Source: a virus
Taxonomy: Duplodnaviria; Heunggongvirae; Uroviricota; Caudoviricetes
Length of the DNA: 64,000 nt
Direction: 5' to 3' (one strand)
Virus record (IMG/VR): IMGVR_UViG_3300028833_000002
Within the stretch, counting starts at the first letter, position 1; the number at the start of each line of letters is the position of its first letter. The notes below the pieces were generated by a model. The model did no database searches, had not been told where the DNA came from, and saw only the letters and a program-made list of their open reading frames with translations. Position numbers and translations under genes: made by a program. Below are positions 45,308-55,251 of the stretch, piece by piece.

Positions 45308-45336
45308 ATTATATCATAACTTTTTGATTTTGTAAA
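45308..45336 (-). promoter_or_regulatory. sigma-A promoter (distal of a tandem pair)
   Basis: TTTACA-N17-TATAAT with TATG. Confidence 0.8.
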
Positions 45337-45348
45337 GGTCTTTACTTT

Positions 45349-45732
45349 TTAATTTTCTTCTGAGGTGAGAACCACAGAAATTGTTTTTGTAATATCTCTC
45401 GCATTTGTTGTATAGTCGATAATCTTATCAAATCTTACCATCGCAAAAAGAAGAGCATTATTAATGTAACCAACTTCAAGAGAAGTTACAGAAAAATCAT
45501 CTGCAAGGAGTTTGCGTCTGATTTCATTGTACTTGTCAATATCGGACTTAATATCCTTGATAAGAGGAGCAAGGTCTTCTGGCAGATTCTTTTTGAGGTC
45601 TGCTGAAGAATGGTCTGCGCCTTCTGTATAATTGACAATGAGTTCATAATATGAATCAAGAACCATGTTTAACGCTGTAACTATCGGGTCTTTCCATTTC
45701 TTAATAGTATTAACCTTTTCGTTAAAAGTCAT
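45349..45732 (-). CDS. Helical hypothetical protein (127 aa)
   Basis: Start reset to ATG 45732 (AAGGAG RBS). The track's upstream extension runs through promoter 45760-45788. Confidence 0.75.
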   Translation of the reverse strand: MTFNEKVNTIKKWKDPIVTALNMVLDSYYELIVNYTEGADHSSADLKKNLPEDLAPLIKDIKSDIDKYNEIRRKLLADDFSVTSLEVGYINNALLFAMVRFDKIIDYTTNARDITKTISVVLTSEEN

Positions 45733-45759
45733 ATTTTCAACTCCTTTTTCATTATCTAT

Positions 45760-45788
45760 ATTATAACACAGTTTAAAACAATTGTAAA
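45760..45788 (-). promoter_or_regulatory. sigma-A promoter
   Basis: TTTACA-N17-TATAAT with TGTG. Confidence 0.75.
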
Positions 45789-45791
45789 GCA

Positions 45792-48152
45792 TTACGCTTT
45801 TACAATTGATTTAACTTTTTCTTTTTCATCAAGAGTAATACCCTTGCTTCCCTTACCAGTTCTACTCTGTGTAGAAATCTGAGTTGAAGGAATTTTTATA
45901 TTTTTCTTTGATGATATAATCATTATATCACAATCTTCTTTAAAAGTCAAGAAGTCTACTACTCTATCATTTGTAGATACGCCGGAGATAGAAACACCTG
46001 TACCACCACGTCCCTGAGTGTTAAATTCAGACATAGATGTTTTCTTAACCATACCGTACTCAGTAACAGTTACAAGGTTATCACCCATTATCTTCGCGGC
46101 GGAGATTACAGACTCTCCATCTTTAAGTTTAATTGCTCTTACGCCGGCGGTATTTCTACCTGTATCAGAAACTTCTGAGCCATCAAAAACAATAAACTTG
46201 CCAGAACTTGAAAGTACACCAATATTACCACCATTCGCGGCGAAAACAGTAACAACTTCATCGCCGTCTTTGAGTTTAATGGCGATAATACCTTTCTTCT
46301 GACTCTTATATTCAGATACCGCTGTTTTCTTAATCATACCATCTTTTGTTATAAAGTAGAAATAACTTCCAATAGACTTCTTAGAGAAGGTGTTAATATA
46401 TGAAACTTTTTCGCCGGCTTCTAAGTCAAATAATACCGACGCATTATTTCTACCAAGAGTGATACTGTCTGTCATGACGCTGTACATCTTACCCTTGTTT
46501 GTGAAAGCATATAACCAACCCATATTATCTGTGCTGATTGACTGTGTAACATATTCATCAGCCTTTAACTTAAAGTTTGTACCCTTGCCGCCACGCTTCT
46601 GAGCAATAAGAGTTGTAGTTTCCTGTGCATAGATGTTGCCGAGATTTGTGTATGTGATAAGAAGTTCTTTACGTTCAACTGGTTCTGCATCTTCATCACT
46701 ATTCTTGTAATCTAAATTCATAAGTTTAGTGCGGCGTTCGTCACCAAATTTTTCAGCTATTTCTCTTAAATCTTTTTCAATTTCCTTATAAAGTAAATCC
46801 TTATCGTTTAAAACTGCAACATGATATTCCTTTTCCGCAAGCAGTTTTTCCTTTTCATCATTAAAACTCTGAATTTCAAGTTTTGTTAATTTCTTAAGAG
46901 TTATAGCAAGAACTGCATTTGCCTGAGCATCTGTATAACCAAATCGTTCCATTAACTTAGCTTTAGAATTTGTACTATCTTCTGCACTGCGAATGATTTC
47001 AATTGCCTCATCTACATTTGCCAGCGCAATTGTGATAGCTTCTACGATTGGTAATCTTTCATCAATCTTTCTAAGTTCAAGTTCATGAATCTTTGTTCTT
47101 ACTTCTTTTTCGTGGTCGAGGTGAGCATTAAGGGCTTCTCTCCATGTAAAGAGTTTAGGTCTAGTTCCCTTATCAAGCATAATCATGTTAATAGGAAAGA
47201 AGGTCTGAAGACGAGTATATTTATATAGGTTTCTAACAACACTTTCTGGATTAACTCCCTTTTCAAGCCATATCGTCATATCAACCATTTCTTCTGATGA
47301 ATCAGTAAATCTTGCAATACCTTTTGCCGGGAATGGTTTCTTTTCTGATTCAAACATTCCAGCGATTTCCTTTTTAACGCTACCTGTAGCAACATTATAT
47401 GGAACTTCTTTTACTCGGATAGAATTATCATCGCTATCATATTCAAGTGTGCCGCGAATGATAATAGACTTACCTCTACCATTTCTTAATGATTCCTTAA
47501 CTTCATCGGCGTTCAGGATTGTACCGCCTGTTGTAAAGTCTGGTGCACAATAAATTTCATCAAAGTCAATATCCGGATTCCAAAGTAATTTAATCATTGC
47601 TTCGTTGACTTCGCGCAGATTAAACTGAGGAATAGATGTAGACAAACTTGTTGCAATACCAATTGAGCCATTTACAATATTGTAATATCCAAGAGAAGGA
47701 AGAACGGATGGGAACTGCTCTGTGTTATCATAATTATCAAACCATCTTTCAATAGTTTCTTTGTGTGTTCCTTCTACCATTTTAACACCAAGCTGTCCTA
47801 AACGCATTTCTGTATATCTTGGTGCGGCGAAGTTAGTGAGCTGAGTATAAGTACCCATATTACCAACACCATCTTCAAGACAATATCTCATAGACATTGG
47901 CCTTGCAAGTCTGCAAAGTAAGTCAATCATAGAAGCATCACCATGAACATAAAAATGGTCCATAGCGCTTACTACTGACTTATGAGTTTTCTTATGTGGT
48001 TTTGGCCACACAAGTTTATCAACGCTCTGAGCATAGAAAGCCATTCTCTGGCCTGGTTTAAGCGCATCTCTTGCATCTATAATGGCTCTATGCTGAATTG
48101 TCATCGCCGCATATGTTGCGAAACTTTTTTCAATTGTATTTTTTAAAGACAT
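45792..48152 (-). CDS. gyrA: Type IIA topoisomerase subunit A (GyrA/ParC-like; 786 aa)
   Basis: DARDALKP.QR, HGDAS, AAPRYTE (catalytic Tyr), NGSIGIA, APDFTTGG and C-terminal beta-pinwheel repeats with QKRGGKG. Confidence 0.95.
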   Translation of the reverse strand: MSLKNTIEKSFATYAAMTIQHRAIIDARDALKPGQRMAFYAQSVDKLVWPKPHKKTHKSVVSAMDHFYVHGDASMIDLLCRLARPMSMRYCLEDGVGNMGTYTQLTNFAAPRYTEMRLGQLGVKMVEGTHKETIERWFDNYDNTEQFPSVLPSLGYYNIVNGSIGIATSLSTSIPQFNLREVNEAMIKLLWNPDIDFDEIYCAPDFTTGGTILNADEVKESLRNGRGKSIIIRGTLEYDSDDNSIRVKEVPYNVATGSVKKEIAGMFESEKKPFPAKGIARFTDSSEEMVDMTIWLEKGVNPESVVRNLYKYTRLQTFFPINMIMLDKGTRPKLFTWREALNAHLDHEKEVRTKIHELELRKIDERLPIVEAITIALANVDEAIEIIRSAEDSTNSKAKLMERFGYTDAQANAVLAITLKKLTKLEIQSFNDEKEKLLAEKEYHVAVLNDKDLLYKEIEKDLREIAEKFGDERRTKLMNLDYKNSDEDAEPVERKELLITYTNLGNIYAQETTTLIAQKRGGKGTNFKLKADEYVTQSISTDNMGWLYAFTNKGKMYSVMTDSITLGRNNASVLFDLEAGEKVSYINTFSKKSIGSYFYFITKDGMIKKTAVSEYKSQKKGIIAIKLKDGDEVVTVFAANGGNIGVLSSSGKFIVFDGSEVSDTGRNTAGVRAIKLKDGESVISAAKIMGDNLVTVTEYGMVKKTSMSEFNTQGRGGTGVSISGVSTNDRVVDFLTFKEDCDIMIISSKKNIKIPSTQISTQSRTGKGSKGITLDEKEKVKSIVKA

Positions 48153-48177
48153 TTATCTTCACTCCTTTAATATAACT

Positions 48178-48206
48178 ATTATATCACATTTTGATAGAAA
48201 AGTAAA
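48178..48206 (-). promoter_or_regulatory. sigma-A promoter of gyrA
   Basis: TTTACT-N17-TATAAT with TGTG. Confidence 0.8.
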
Positions 48207-48209
48207 GAA

Positions 48210-50063
48210 TTACATCTCACCATAGTCGCTAAAGTCAATTGTTGAAAATACGAAGTCTTTCTTAGGAGTAACATCTGCGCCCATTAATGCTTCAAGAGCT
48301 TCCATAGCTTCAGGAGTGTACTCAAACATTTCCTGTGCTTCAGGACAGTTAAAGACAGCATCTCTTAATTCCTGTTTTGATAAAAGACCAAGACCTTTTA
48401 CTCTCTTTACAACGCCTGGCAATTGTCTGCCTCGCTCATTGTAATCTTCATCTGTGTAGAAATAAGTTTTCTTTTTACCATTTTCAACAATAAAGAGCGG
48501 AGCATGATACCAACCAATTCTACCTTCCTTAACAAACTGTGGGCAAAGTCGCCAAATATTAAGAAGTAAAAGTAAGAATATATGAGCGCCGTCAACATCC
48601 GGGTCAACGAATACACAAATACGACCATAGCGTAATTTCTTGTGGTCTAACTTCTTACCATGGTCAATGCCAACGGCAACCTGTATTTGCTGAATTTCTG
48701 CATTTGATAAATATTTATCCAATGAACAAGTTAATGGATTAATAAACTTACCTCTTGCGATAAATATACCATGAAGGTCTTTATCTCTACCTTTTTCTGC
48801 TGAACCTGCGGCAGAATCGCCCTCACAAACAAAAAGTGTAGAATCAAGGCCAAGTTTCTTTGCATCATTTACCTTATCTAAAACAAGACCTTTTTTCTTT
48901 CTCATTGAGTCAATTTCTTTTTCGGAGTTCATAGCGGCTTCTCTTGCCTTATCAGCAATCTTTTCCGCATTTGAAATCTTTTCTATAAGGGCAATAATGG
49001 CTTCAAATTCAGATGTTTTTGAAAAATTCTCTAATCCTTCATCAAGTGCTTTTCCGGCGAGAGTAGACAAGTTTGTGTTATTTACCTTGCTCTTTGTCTG
49101 TCCTTCGAATGAAGGTTCGAGCACTTTACAGTTGGCAACAACCACAAATCCTCGTCTTATAATATCAACATCAAAACTCTTTCCAGTTAATGACTTAATC
49201 TTTGTTGTAAGTTTACGGCGAATACCTGTAATTGGCTGACCGCCCATTGGACAGAAAAGACCATTTACATAAGTATATTCTTTGTTTGCCCCGCCAGTCC
49301 AAAGGAAGGCTACTTCTACTGTATCTGTTCCATCAGTTGCCGAGGTGATAATAGGATTCTTCATCAAAGGTTTTGTGCTAACTTCTTTAATGAAATCGCC
49401 AATACCGTTTTCAGAATAGAATTCCTTTTTCTTATCGCCGCTTGTAACTATAAAACGAATACCTTTATTAAGATAAGCTACGTTTTTAATATCTTCACAA
49501 ACCTTATCAAAGGTAAAACCATCTTCCATGTTTTTATAAACTTCTTTATCCGGAATAAATTCAACCGTTGTACCATTAGGAAGGTTGGTTGAAGTTTCCT
49601 TATAATCAAGAAGATTACCTTTATTAAAGGTTGCTGTTGCCGCTGTGCCATTTCTTACAGACGTAACAAAAAATGATTCAGATGACATACATACTGCTGT
49701 GCCACCAAGACCATTCAGACCTGAACTATTCTTATAAGCGCCCTTATTAAACTTACCACCTGTATGAGCTTCAGTATAAATCGCTACAAGAATGTTACGT
49801 CCATTTACTATACCAAATGGAACTCCTCGACCATAGTCCCTTACTCTGATTTTATTCTGAGATTCATCTACATCAATTTCAAGTTTATCACCATAACCGG
49901 CAAGCGCTTCGTCAGTCGAGTTATTGATAATCTCCTTTAAAGCCTGATAGATACCATTTGTATCATCACTACCGAGATATGCTTGAATTCGAGTACGCAT
50001 GGCTTCTCGTGTTTCAAGATGTTCAATCTTATCTACGCCATAATTATCTACAACGTTAGCCAT
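48210..50063 (-). CDS. gyrB: Type IIA topoisomerase subunit B (GyrB/ParE-like; 617 aa)
   Basis: GHKL motifs EIINNSTDE, DYGRGVP and GLNGLG; TOPRIM motifs EGDSA and DPDVDG. Confidence 0.95.
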   Translation of the reverse strand: MANVVDNYGVDKIEHLETREAMRTRIQAYLGSDDTNGIYQALKEIINNSTDEALAGYGDKLEIDVDESQNKIRVRDYGRGVPFGIVNGRNILVAIYTEAHTGGKFNKGAYKNSSGLNGLGGTAVCMSSESFFVTSVRNGTAATATFNKGNLLDYKETSTNLPNGTTVEFIPDKEVYKNMEDGFTFDKVCEDIKNVAYLNKGIRFIVTSGDKKKEFYSENGIGDFIKEVSTKPLMKNPIITSATDGTDTVEVAFLWTGGANKEYTYVNGLFCPMGGQPITGIRRKLTTKIKSLTGKSFDVDIIRRGFVVVANCKVLEPSFEGQTKSKVNNTNLSTLAGKALDEGLENFSKTSEFEAIIALIEKISNAEKIADKAREAAMNSEKEIDSMRKKKGLVLDKVNDAKKLGLDSTLFVCEGDSAAGSAEKGRDKDLHGIFIARGKFINPLTCSLDKYLSNAEIQQIQVAVGIDHGKKLDHKKLRYGRICVFVDPDVDGAHIFLLLLLNIWRLCPQFVKEGRIGWYHAPLFIVENGKKKTYFYTDEDYNERGRQLPGVVKRVKGLGLLSKQELRDAVFNCPEAQEMFEYTPEAMEALEALMGADVTPKKDFVFSTIDFSDYGEM

Positions 50064-50093
50064 TTAATCAACTCCTTTTTAATTTCTAAATCA

Positions 50094-50122
50094 ATTATAT
50101 CACATTTTTAAGTAAAAGTAAA
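50094..50122 (-). promoter_or_regulatory. sigma-A promoter of gyrB
   Basis: TTTACT-N17-TATAAT with TGTG. Confidence 0.8.
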
Positions 50123-50137
50123 CACTTTACAAAAACT

Positions 50138-50170
50138 GGAAAATCCCGCAGTCATAGAAGACCACGGGAA
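50138..50170 (-). terminator. Probable terminator after the methyltransferase
   Basis: 10-bp stem UCCCGUGGUC/GACUGCGGGA (G-U pairs only on the - strand) followed by UUUU. Confidence 0.65.
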
Positions 50171-50175
50171 TTTTA

Positions 50176-50913
50176 TCAGATTGTAAATAATTTTTCAACT
50201 GCTGAATCAGCCTTAACTCTATCAGACCTCTGACAAACTTTTCGTTCCTTATGCCAAATTTCCTTAAAGTCTTCCGGCATAGTGTATTCGCTGATTATAA
50301 CATGATTACGTTTACCAAGTTCTCTAGCCCAATTATAAAGTTCATCATCATGACGTAATGGAAATCTACCATATTGTTTAGTGCCTACATACGGCCAGTC
50401 AATGTAGAATAAGCAATTCTCATAATCCTCACTCCTATACTCCTTATAATCGCGGCAGAAAAAGTTAATATCTTTTAAGTGTAAAGCCTGTTCCTTCATA
50501 TTCTTTACACGTTCAGCATAAATATTACGCTTACCGGATGGATCTTTGCCATAACCGCCATCAAAAAATCTGCCGCCATAACTTGCAAAATATCCAATAC
50601 CAGCAATATAAGCCATAGAATATTCATCGAAACAATCTTTCTTAAAACATTCTCTCGCTTCCACATAATGCTCTTTCGGACAATCTAAAGGAAATATGGA
50701 TAGCGTTGGGTCTGACTGTGCATACTTAAGCAAACTAATCAAATAAGGATTAATGTCCGAAGCAATACGCTCCGGGCATACAATCTTATCAACTATCGCG
50801 GCGGAACCACAAAATGGTTCAATATATGTCTTAATGTCATTTTCTTTAATTATTCGCTGGAGAACTGGAATAATGTCCTTAGCGAGCTTTTCCTTAGAAC
50901 CCTGATATACCAT
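50176..50913 (-). CDS. Dam/D12-class N6-adenine DNA methyltransferase, orphan, with DWPY catalytic variant (245 aa)
   Basis: YQGSKEKL, YIEPFCGSAA (motif I), ASDINPYLI and IISEY; motif IV reads YIDWPY. Confidence 0.85.
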   Translation of the reverse strand: MVYQGSKEKLAKDIIPVLQRIIKENDIKTYIEPFCGSAAIVDKIVCPERIASDINPYLISLLKYAQSDPTLSIFPLDCPKEHYVEARECFKKDCFDEYSMAYIAGIGYFASYGGRFFDGGYGKDPSGKRNIYAERVKNMKEQALHLKDINFFCRDYKEYRSEDYENCLFYIDWPYVGTKQYGRFPLRHDDELYNWARELGKRNHVIISEYTMPEDFKEIWHKERKVCQRSDRVKADSAVEKLFTI

Positions 50914-51581
50914 TACTTTACCAACTCCGTTAAATACTTATACTTATGACAACTCTTGGCTTCTGTACAATATGGAACTGGGTGGGTTTCACATTTTGGT
51001 ACAAGTAATAGTCTAAAAATTTCTTTGTCTTCATCCGAGAACTTAGGAGAATCTAAGAGAATTTTCTTAATTGCCGCGAAAAGCTGACGAATCTCAGCTT
51101 GTGCATGGGCACATAATCTCTGATTACAAATTGTAGCAAGTTCCCTAAGATTAACTGTCATACAAAGACTTGTAGGCATACAGTTAGGGAGGACTGCTCT
51201 TGCGTTTTCCGGAGAATGGCCATGTGCAATTATCTGATTATATGCGGCAAGAGAATCATAAGCTGATTCAAGTATCTCGCCATTTAAATACTTGTCATTA
51301 CCTGGCATAACGAAACTAACGTCTGCTTCTGCGTAGGAGCAATAACGCTGCGACTGTACACTAAATGAAGCAAGTCTATGTCTTGTAAGCTGCGCAAGAA
51401 GTGAACGGCTTACCCCTGTAATTTTAAAGGTAAATGAAGCGTGTTCTAAAACACTGTGATGGCCAGACTTAATACAACCTTTAACTGTATTGTATGATGG
51501 CTTTGAATCATAACACATACTTGCCGCGATTGCACAAGTCCAAATTGGGTTTTCTGTTGAGCTTAATAATTCTACTGTCAT
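50913..51581 (-). CDS. thyX: FAD-dependent thymidylate synthase ThyX (222 aa)
   Basis: HHSVLEH, GVSRSLLAQLTRHR...SVQSQRY (RHRx7SxR motif) and ENARAVLP. Confidence 0.96.
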   Translation of the reverse strand: MTVELLSSTENPIWTCAIAASMCYDSKPSYNTVKGCIKSGHHSVLEHASFTFKITGVSRSLLAQLTRHRLASFSVQSQRYCSYAEADVSFVMPGNDKYLNGEILESAYDSLAAYNQIIAHGHSPENARAVLPNCMPTSLCMTVNLRELATICNQRLCAHAQAEIRQLFAAIKKILLDSPKFSDEDKEIFRLLLVPKCETHPVPYCTEAKSCHKYKYLTELVK

Positions 51582-51748
51582 TATATTCTCTCCTTTTTAA
51601 TCATTTCTAAATATGCTTCTGCCTGTTCATCTGAGATAGACCTAAGATTAGAAACACCGTAATAATCCATCATCTTTAAAAGTTCAGAACCATTTCTGTA
51701 ATCTTCGCCCATACTTTTAATTTCCTTGATTAGTTTTGCCCTGTCCAT
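51581..51748 (-). CDS. Small hypothetical protein (55 aa)
   Basis: MDRAKLIKEIK...YGVSNLRSISDEQAEAYLEMIKKERI*; TAATG coupling to thyX. Confidence 0.7.
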   Translation of the reverse strand: MDRAKLIKEIKSMGEDYRNGSELLKMMDYYGVSNLRSISDEQAEAYLEMIKKERI

Positions 51749-51753
51749 CTTAA

Positions 51754-52227
51754 TCATTCCTCCTTAGTCCATACTCCATTAATTTTGTGCCAAATATGCT
51801 GATTTGAAGAACCACGAAATCTAAGTGTGAGGTCCTTTTTTTCCTCAATAAAACGACCATCAATTATGTAGTCGATATATTCTAACACATCTGCTTTTTC
51901 CACATCTTTGAAAGAATATCCCGTCCATACCCATATATCTTTTTCAGGGTAGGAGGTCTTAATTTCTTTTATGAACTCGAAAAATTCTCCAGCATCCTGA
52001 TTGAATGGTTCGCCGCCTAAAACTGAAAGTCCTTTGATATATCGCGGCGAAAGAGCTTGTCTTACTGTTTCGGTAGTTTCATTTGTGAATTTCTTTCCGT
52101 AGTTAAAGTCCCATAACTCTCTATTAAAACAATTCTTACAATGATGAACACAGCCAGAAAAGAAGATGGAAACTCGAATTCCATCTCCATTGGCTATATC
52201 CATACTATTTATTTTAGCATAGTTCAT
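51754..52227 (-). CDS. nrdG: Anaerobic ribonucleotide reductase activating enzyme (157 aa)
   Basis: DIANGDGIRVSIF.SGCVHHCKNC (CxxxCxxC), LGGEP and FRGSSNQ. Confidence 0.96.
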   Translation of the reverse strand: MNYAKINSMDIANGDGIRVSIFFSGCVHHCKNCFNRELWDFNYGKKFTNETTETVRQALSPRYIKGLSVLGGEPFNQDAGEFFEFIKEIKTSYPEKDIWVWTGYSFKDVEKADVLEYIDYIIDGRFIEEKKDLTLRFRGSSNQHIWHKINGVWTKEE

Positions 52228-54440
52228 TTAATTTCTCCTAACTCATGACAGTCTAAGTGTACGAATCTGTTGTTTATTTCATCTGTACGTCCTTGATTCC
52301 AGAAGTTTGCACCTATGTATCCACAGGTACGTCTTGCTACAGACATGAATCTATGGTCACGATTGCCACACTGTGGGCACTCCCAGTCAAGTTTACCGTT
52401 TTCATCAGTAATGATTTTAATTTCCTTATCATAACCACACTTCATACAATAGTCAGACTTTGTATTGATTTCTGCATAAAGAATGTGGTCGTACATAAAT
52501 GAAATAACTTCGAGAACTGCTTCAATGTTATTTTCAAGATTTGCGGCCTCAATATATGAAACAGCACCACCTGTACTTAGGGCCTGAAACTTACTTTCAA
52601 TTTCCAGTTTTTCAAAAGGATTGATGTGCTCAAATACTGGAACGTGATAGCTGTTGGTGATGTAATTTCTATCCTTACCGTCGAGCTTAACAAAAATGTC
52701 ATCACCAAAACGTTTCTTTAACCCACGAGCGAATTTGTCTGTTGTAGACTCAATAGGGGTTCCATATGGAGAATAGTCTATATCCTCTTCTGCTTTCCAT
52801 TTATTGCATTTGTCATTAAGATACTGCATAACCTTTAATCCAAATTCCTCACCAACACCGTGGTCGGAATGACTATGACCGGTCATATACTTAACACATT
52901 CGTAAAGTCCGGCATAACCAAGACTGATTGTTGAATATCCATGATGGAGTAATTCATCAATCTTTTCACCCGGTTTTAATCTTGCAAAAGCACCATGTTG
53001 CCACATAATTGGAGCAACATCTGATAATGTGCCCTCTAATCTTTCATGGCGGCATTTTAAGGCTTTATGACAAAGCTCTGTTCTTTCATCCATGAGCTGC
53101 CAGAACTTATCCATATCGCCGCCTGAAGAAAAGGCAACATCAGGCAAGTTAATAGAAACAACACCCTGATTGAATCTACCCCAATATTTTGGCTTGCCAT
53201 CGTAATTTTTTGCGTTGGCTATATTACCATACTTCTCGGTAAAACGGTCAACACTTAAGAAGGACCGACAACCCATGCATCCGTAAACATCGCCATTTTT
53301 ATATTCTCTCATTTTCTTAGCTGAAATAAAATCTGGCTGCATACGTTTTGATACGCATCGCGCGGCAAGTTGAGTTACATCATAATATCTACTTCCCGGC
53401 TTAACGTTATTTTCATCAAGCACATAAAGTAATTTAGGGAACTCCTGTGTAACCGGAATACCCTGTTCATTCTTCATACCTTCAATTCTCTGTTTAAAGA
53501 ACTCTCTGATAAGCGCGGCTGTTTCTTCTTCATACCCCTCTTTATCATTAATATTCATAAACACACTAATAAAAGGTGTTTGTCCATTTGTTGTAGACAT
53601 TGAATTAATCTGATAATTAAAAGTCTGAACTGCATCTTCAATTTCTTTCTGCATATCTTTCCATGCATAATATTCTACACCCTTTTCGTCAAGACAACCC
53701 ATACTACGATACTTTTCTTTTAGGTGCTCATGAGTTTCCCTTACATATGGAGAAAGTGCAGATAGGTTAATCGTCTGTCCGCCATACTGAGAACTTGAAA
53801 TAGCAGTAATGAGCTGTGTCATAACTGTTGTTCTATTCATCAGTTTACTTGAAGACTCAATTAACTTTTTATTCATAACTGTTCCATTTGATAACATATC
53901 ATCCATATTTGATAAACAACAGTTATTAATTGGCTGAGCAAAATAATCCATATCATGGAAGTGAATAATGCCGGCCTCATGAGCTTCTGTAATATCCTTT
54001 GGTAAAAGGTATCTTTCAGAAACATCTTTGCTTACAAGCCCGGCAAGATAGTCTCTCTGTGTAGTTACTATATCGCAGTCCTTGTTAGAATTTTCTGTTT
54101 TCAGATATTCATTCTTTCCCTTTAAGAGAGCAAGAACCTGAGCATCAAACGAATCTCTTGCTATAGCCCTTTTACTTCTATACTGAATATAAGCCCTAGC
54201 TACCTTTTTGTCAAGCAACATCAAACTTTCTTCAACCGCATCCTGTATGTCCTCAACACTTACAGCATCTACATCACTGAACTTGACCTCAACCATTACC
54301 TTTACAGCCATTTCAATGAGAGCACTGTCTTGTTCTTCTGAGTTAGGATAGACTTCCTTGAAAGCACCATACACGGCATTTTCAATTTTTAGTCCTTCGT
54401 AATCAACGATTTCTCCATTTCGTTTAATTACCTTTTCCAT
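52224..54440 (-). CDS. nrdD: Anaerobic ribonucleoside-triphosphate reductase with ATP cone (738 aa)
   Basis: VIKRNG ATP cone, IHFHD, MGCRS, NQGVVSINL, TPIES and RRTCGYIG glycyl-radical motif. Confidence 0.97.
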   Translation of the reverse strand: MEKVIKRNGEIVDYEGLKIENAVYGAFKEVYPNSEEQDSALIEMAVKVMVEVKFSDVDAVSVEDIQDAVEESLMLLDKKVARAYIQYRSKRAIARDSFDAQVLALLKGKNEYLKTENSNKDCDIVTTQRDYLAGLVSKDVSERYLLPKDITEAHEAGIIHFHDMDYFAQPINNCCLSNMDDMLSNGTVMNKKLIESSSKLMNRTTVMTQLITAISSSQYGGQTINLSALSPYVRETHEHLKEKYRSMGCLDEKGVEYYAWKDMQKEIEDAVQTFNYQINSMSTTNGQTPFISVFMNINDKEGYEEETAALIREFFKQRIEGMKNEQGIPVTQEFPKLLYVLDENNVKPGSRYYDVTQLAARCVSKRMQPDFISAKKMREYKNGDVYGCMGCRSFLSVDRFTEKYGNIANAKNYDGKPKYWGRFNQGVVSINLPDVAFSSGGDMDKFWQLMDERTELCHKALKCRHERLEGTLSDVAPIMWQHGAFARLKPGEKIDELLHHGYSTISLGYAGLYECVKYMTGHSHSDHGVGEEFGLKVMQYLNDKCNKWKAEEDIDYSPYGTPIESTTDKFARGLKKRFGDDIFVKLDGKDRNYITNSYHVPVFEHINPFEKLEIESKFQALSTGGAVSYIEAANLENNIEAVLEVISFMYDHILYAEINTKSDYCMKCGYDKEIKIITDENGKLDWECPQCGNRDHRFMSVARRTCGYIGANFWNQGRTDEINNRFVHLDCHELGEIK

Positions 54441-54444
54441 AACA

Positions 54445-54657
54445 TCACTCCTTTTCTATAAAATGTATTGTATTATAACGCCATTTTAATTTTAAAGCAA
54501 GGGAGTTAACATATCGGTTAAGTTTTTCGCCGCGAAAATCATAATCAGACTCAATAACAAGTTCTTGACCTGTCTGTCCCTCGTCAATCCATTTCTCAAA
54601 AATGGCGGCGAGTTGTGCCTGTTCTTTACCATTTTTTACAACAATTTCTTTTACCAT
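54445..54657 (-). CDS. Small hypothetical protein (70 aa)
   Basis: Start reset to ATG 54657 (GAGGTGAG RBS), downstream of promoter 54684-54712. Confidence 0.7.
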   Translation of the reverse strand: MVKEIVVKNGKEQAQLAAIFEKWIDEGQTGQELVIESDYDFRGEKLNRYVNSLALKLKWRYNTIHFIEKE

Positions 54658-54683
54658 GCTCTCACCTCTTTCTTTATAAATTA

Positions 54684-54712
54684 AGTATAGCATAATTTTT
54701 AGAAAAAGTAAA
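54684..54712 (-). promoter_or_regulatory. sigma-A promoter of the nrdD-nrdG-thyX operon
   Basis: TTTACT-N17-TATACT with TATG. Confidence 0.75.
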
Positions 54713-54746
54713 GAGATAAAAACGGAGGCAGATGTTATCTACCTCC
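54712..54746 (-). terminator. Terminator after the holin-like gene
   Basis: GGAGGUAGAU/AUCUGCCUCC stem followed by GUUUUU on the - strand. Confidence 0.75.
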
Positions 54747-54753
54747 ATTCTTT

Positions 54754-55251
54754 TTACTTAATAATGTCCCATTTCTACATTTCTTCGTATAAATCATGGG
54801 CAAATGAATTGCCGCCAATTGAAGCATAAGCATCATATAATGAAGCTAAGTCTTCTTTTGTTCTCATGTCCAGAGCCTTCTTATCACAGTTAGCAAAGTA
54901 AATCTATGTGATTTCGTGCCGAAGACTTGATTTATTGATTTCCCTTGTTTCATTGCGGTAATCATCCATTTTTCTTTCGATGTCTTCGATGCGGCTTGTC
55001 ATTTCATCTTTCATGCTTGAAACTTCTTCTTTAAGCTGTTCAACGGATTGCGAAATCTCCTTACCGAAATCAGTAAAAGCGGCTATCGCTTCGTCATTCT
55101 TATGTTTTTCTGTTTCAAGTTCTTGTTTTAGTTCCATGTCCATTTCGTCAGGTTCTTTCTTGGCCTTGATTATATCAACTATAACTTTTCCAATTATAGT
55201 AATTACTGAGCCAATTCCTGCGAATATCGCGGCGAGTATTACTTCGTTCAT
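54754..55251 (-). CDS. Holin-like membrane protein (165 aa with TAG=Gln; 2 TAG)
   Basis: One N-terminal TM helix (VILAAIFAGIGSVITIIG), a coiled coil, and C-terminal LYDAYASIGGNSF..LYEEM(TAG)KW typical of a phage family often annotated as holin. TAG at 54904 and 54775. Confidence 0.6.

Noticed and set aside
30038-54440. Inteins, group I/II introns or homing endonucleases in dnaE, helicase, gyrA/B or nrdD
   Set aside because: Lengths and motif spacing are continuous; no intein C/S...HN signatures or LAGLIDADG/HNH inserts were seen.
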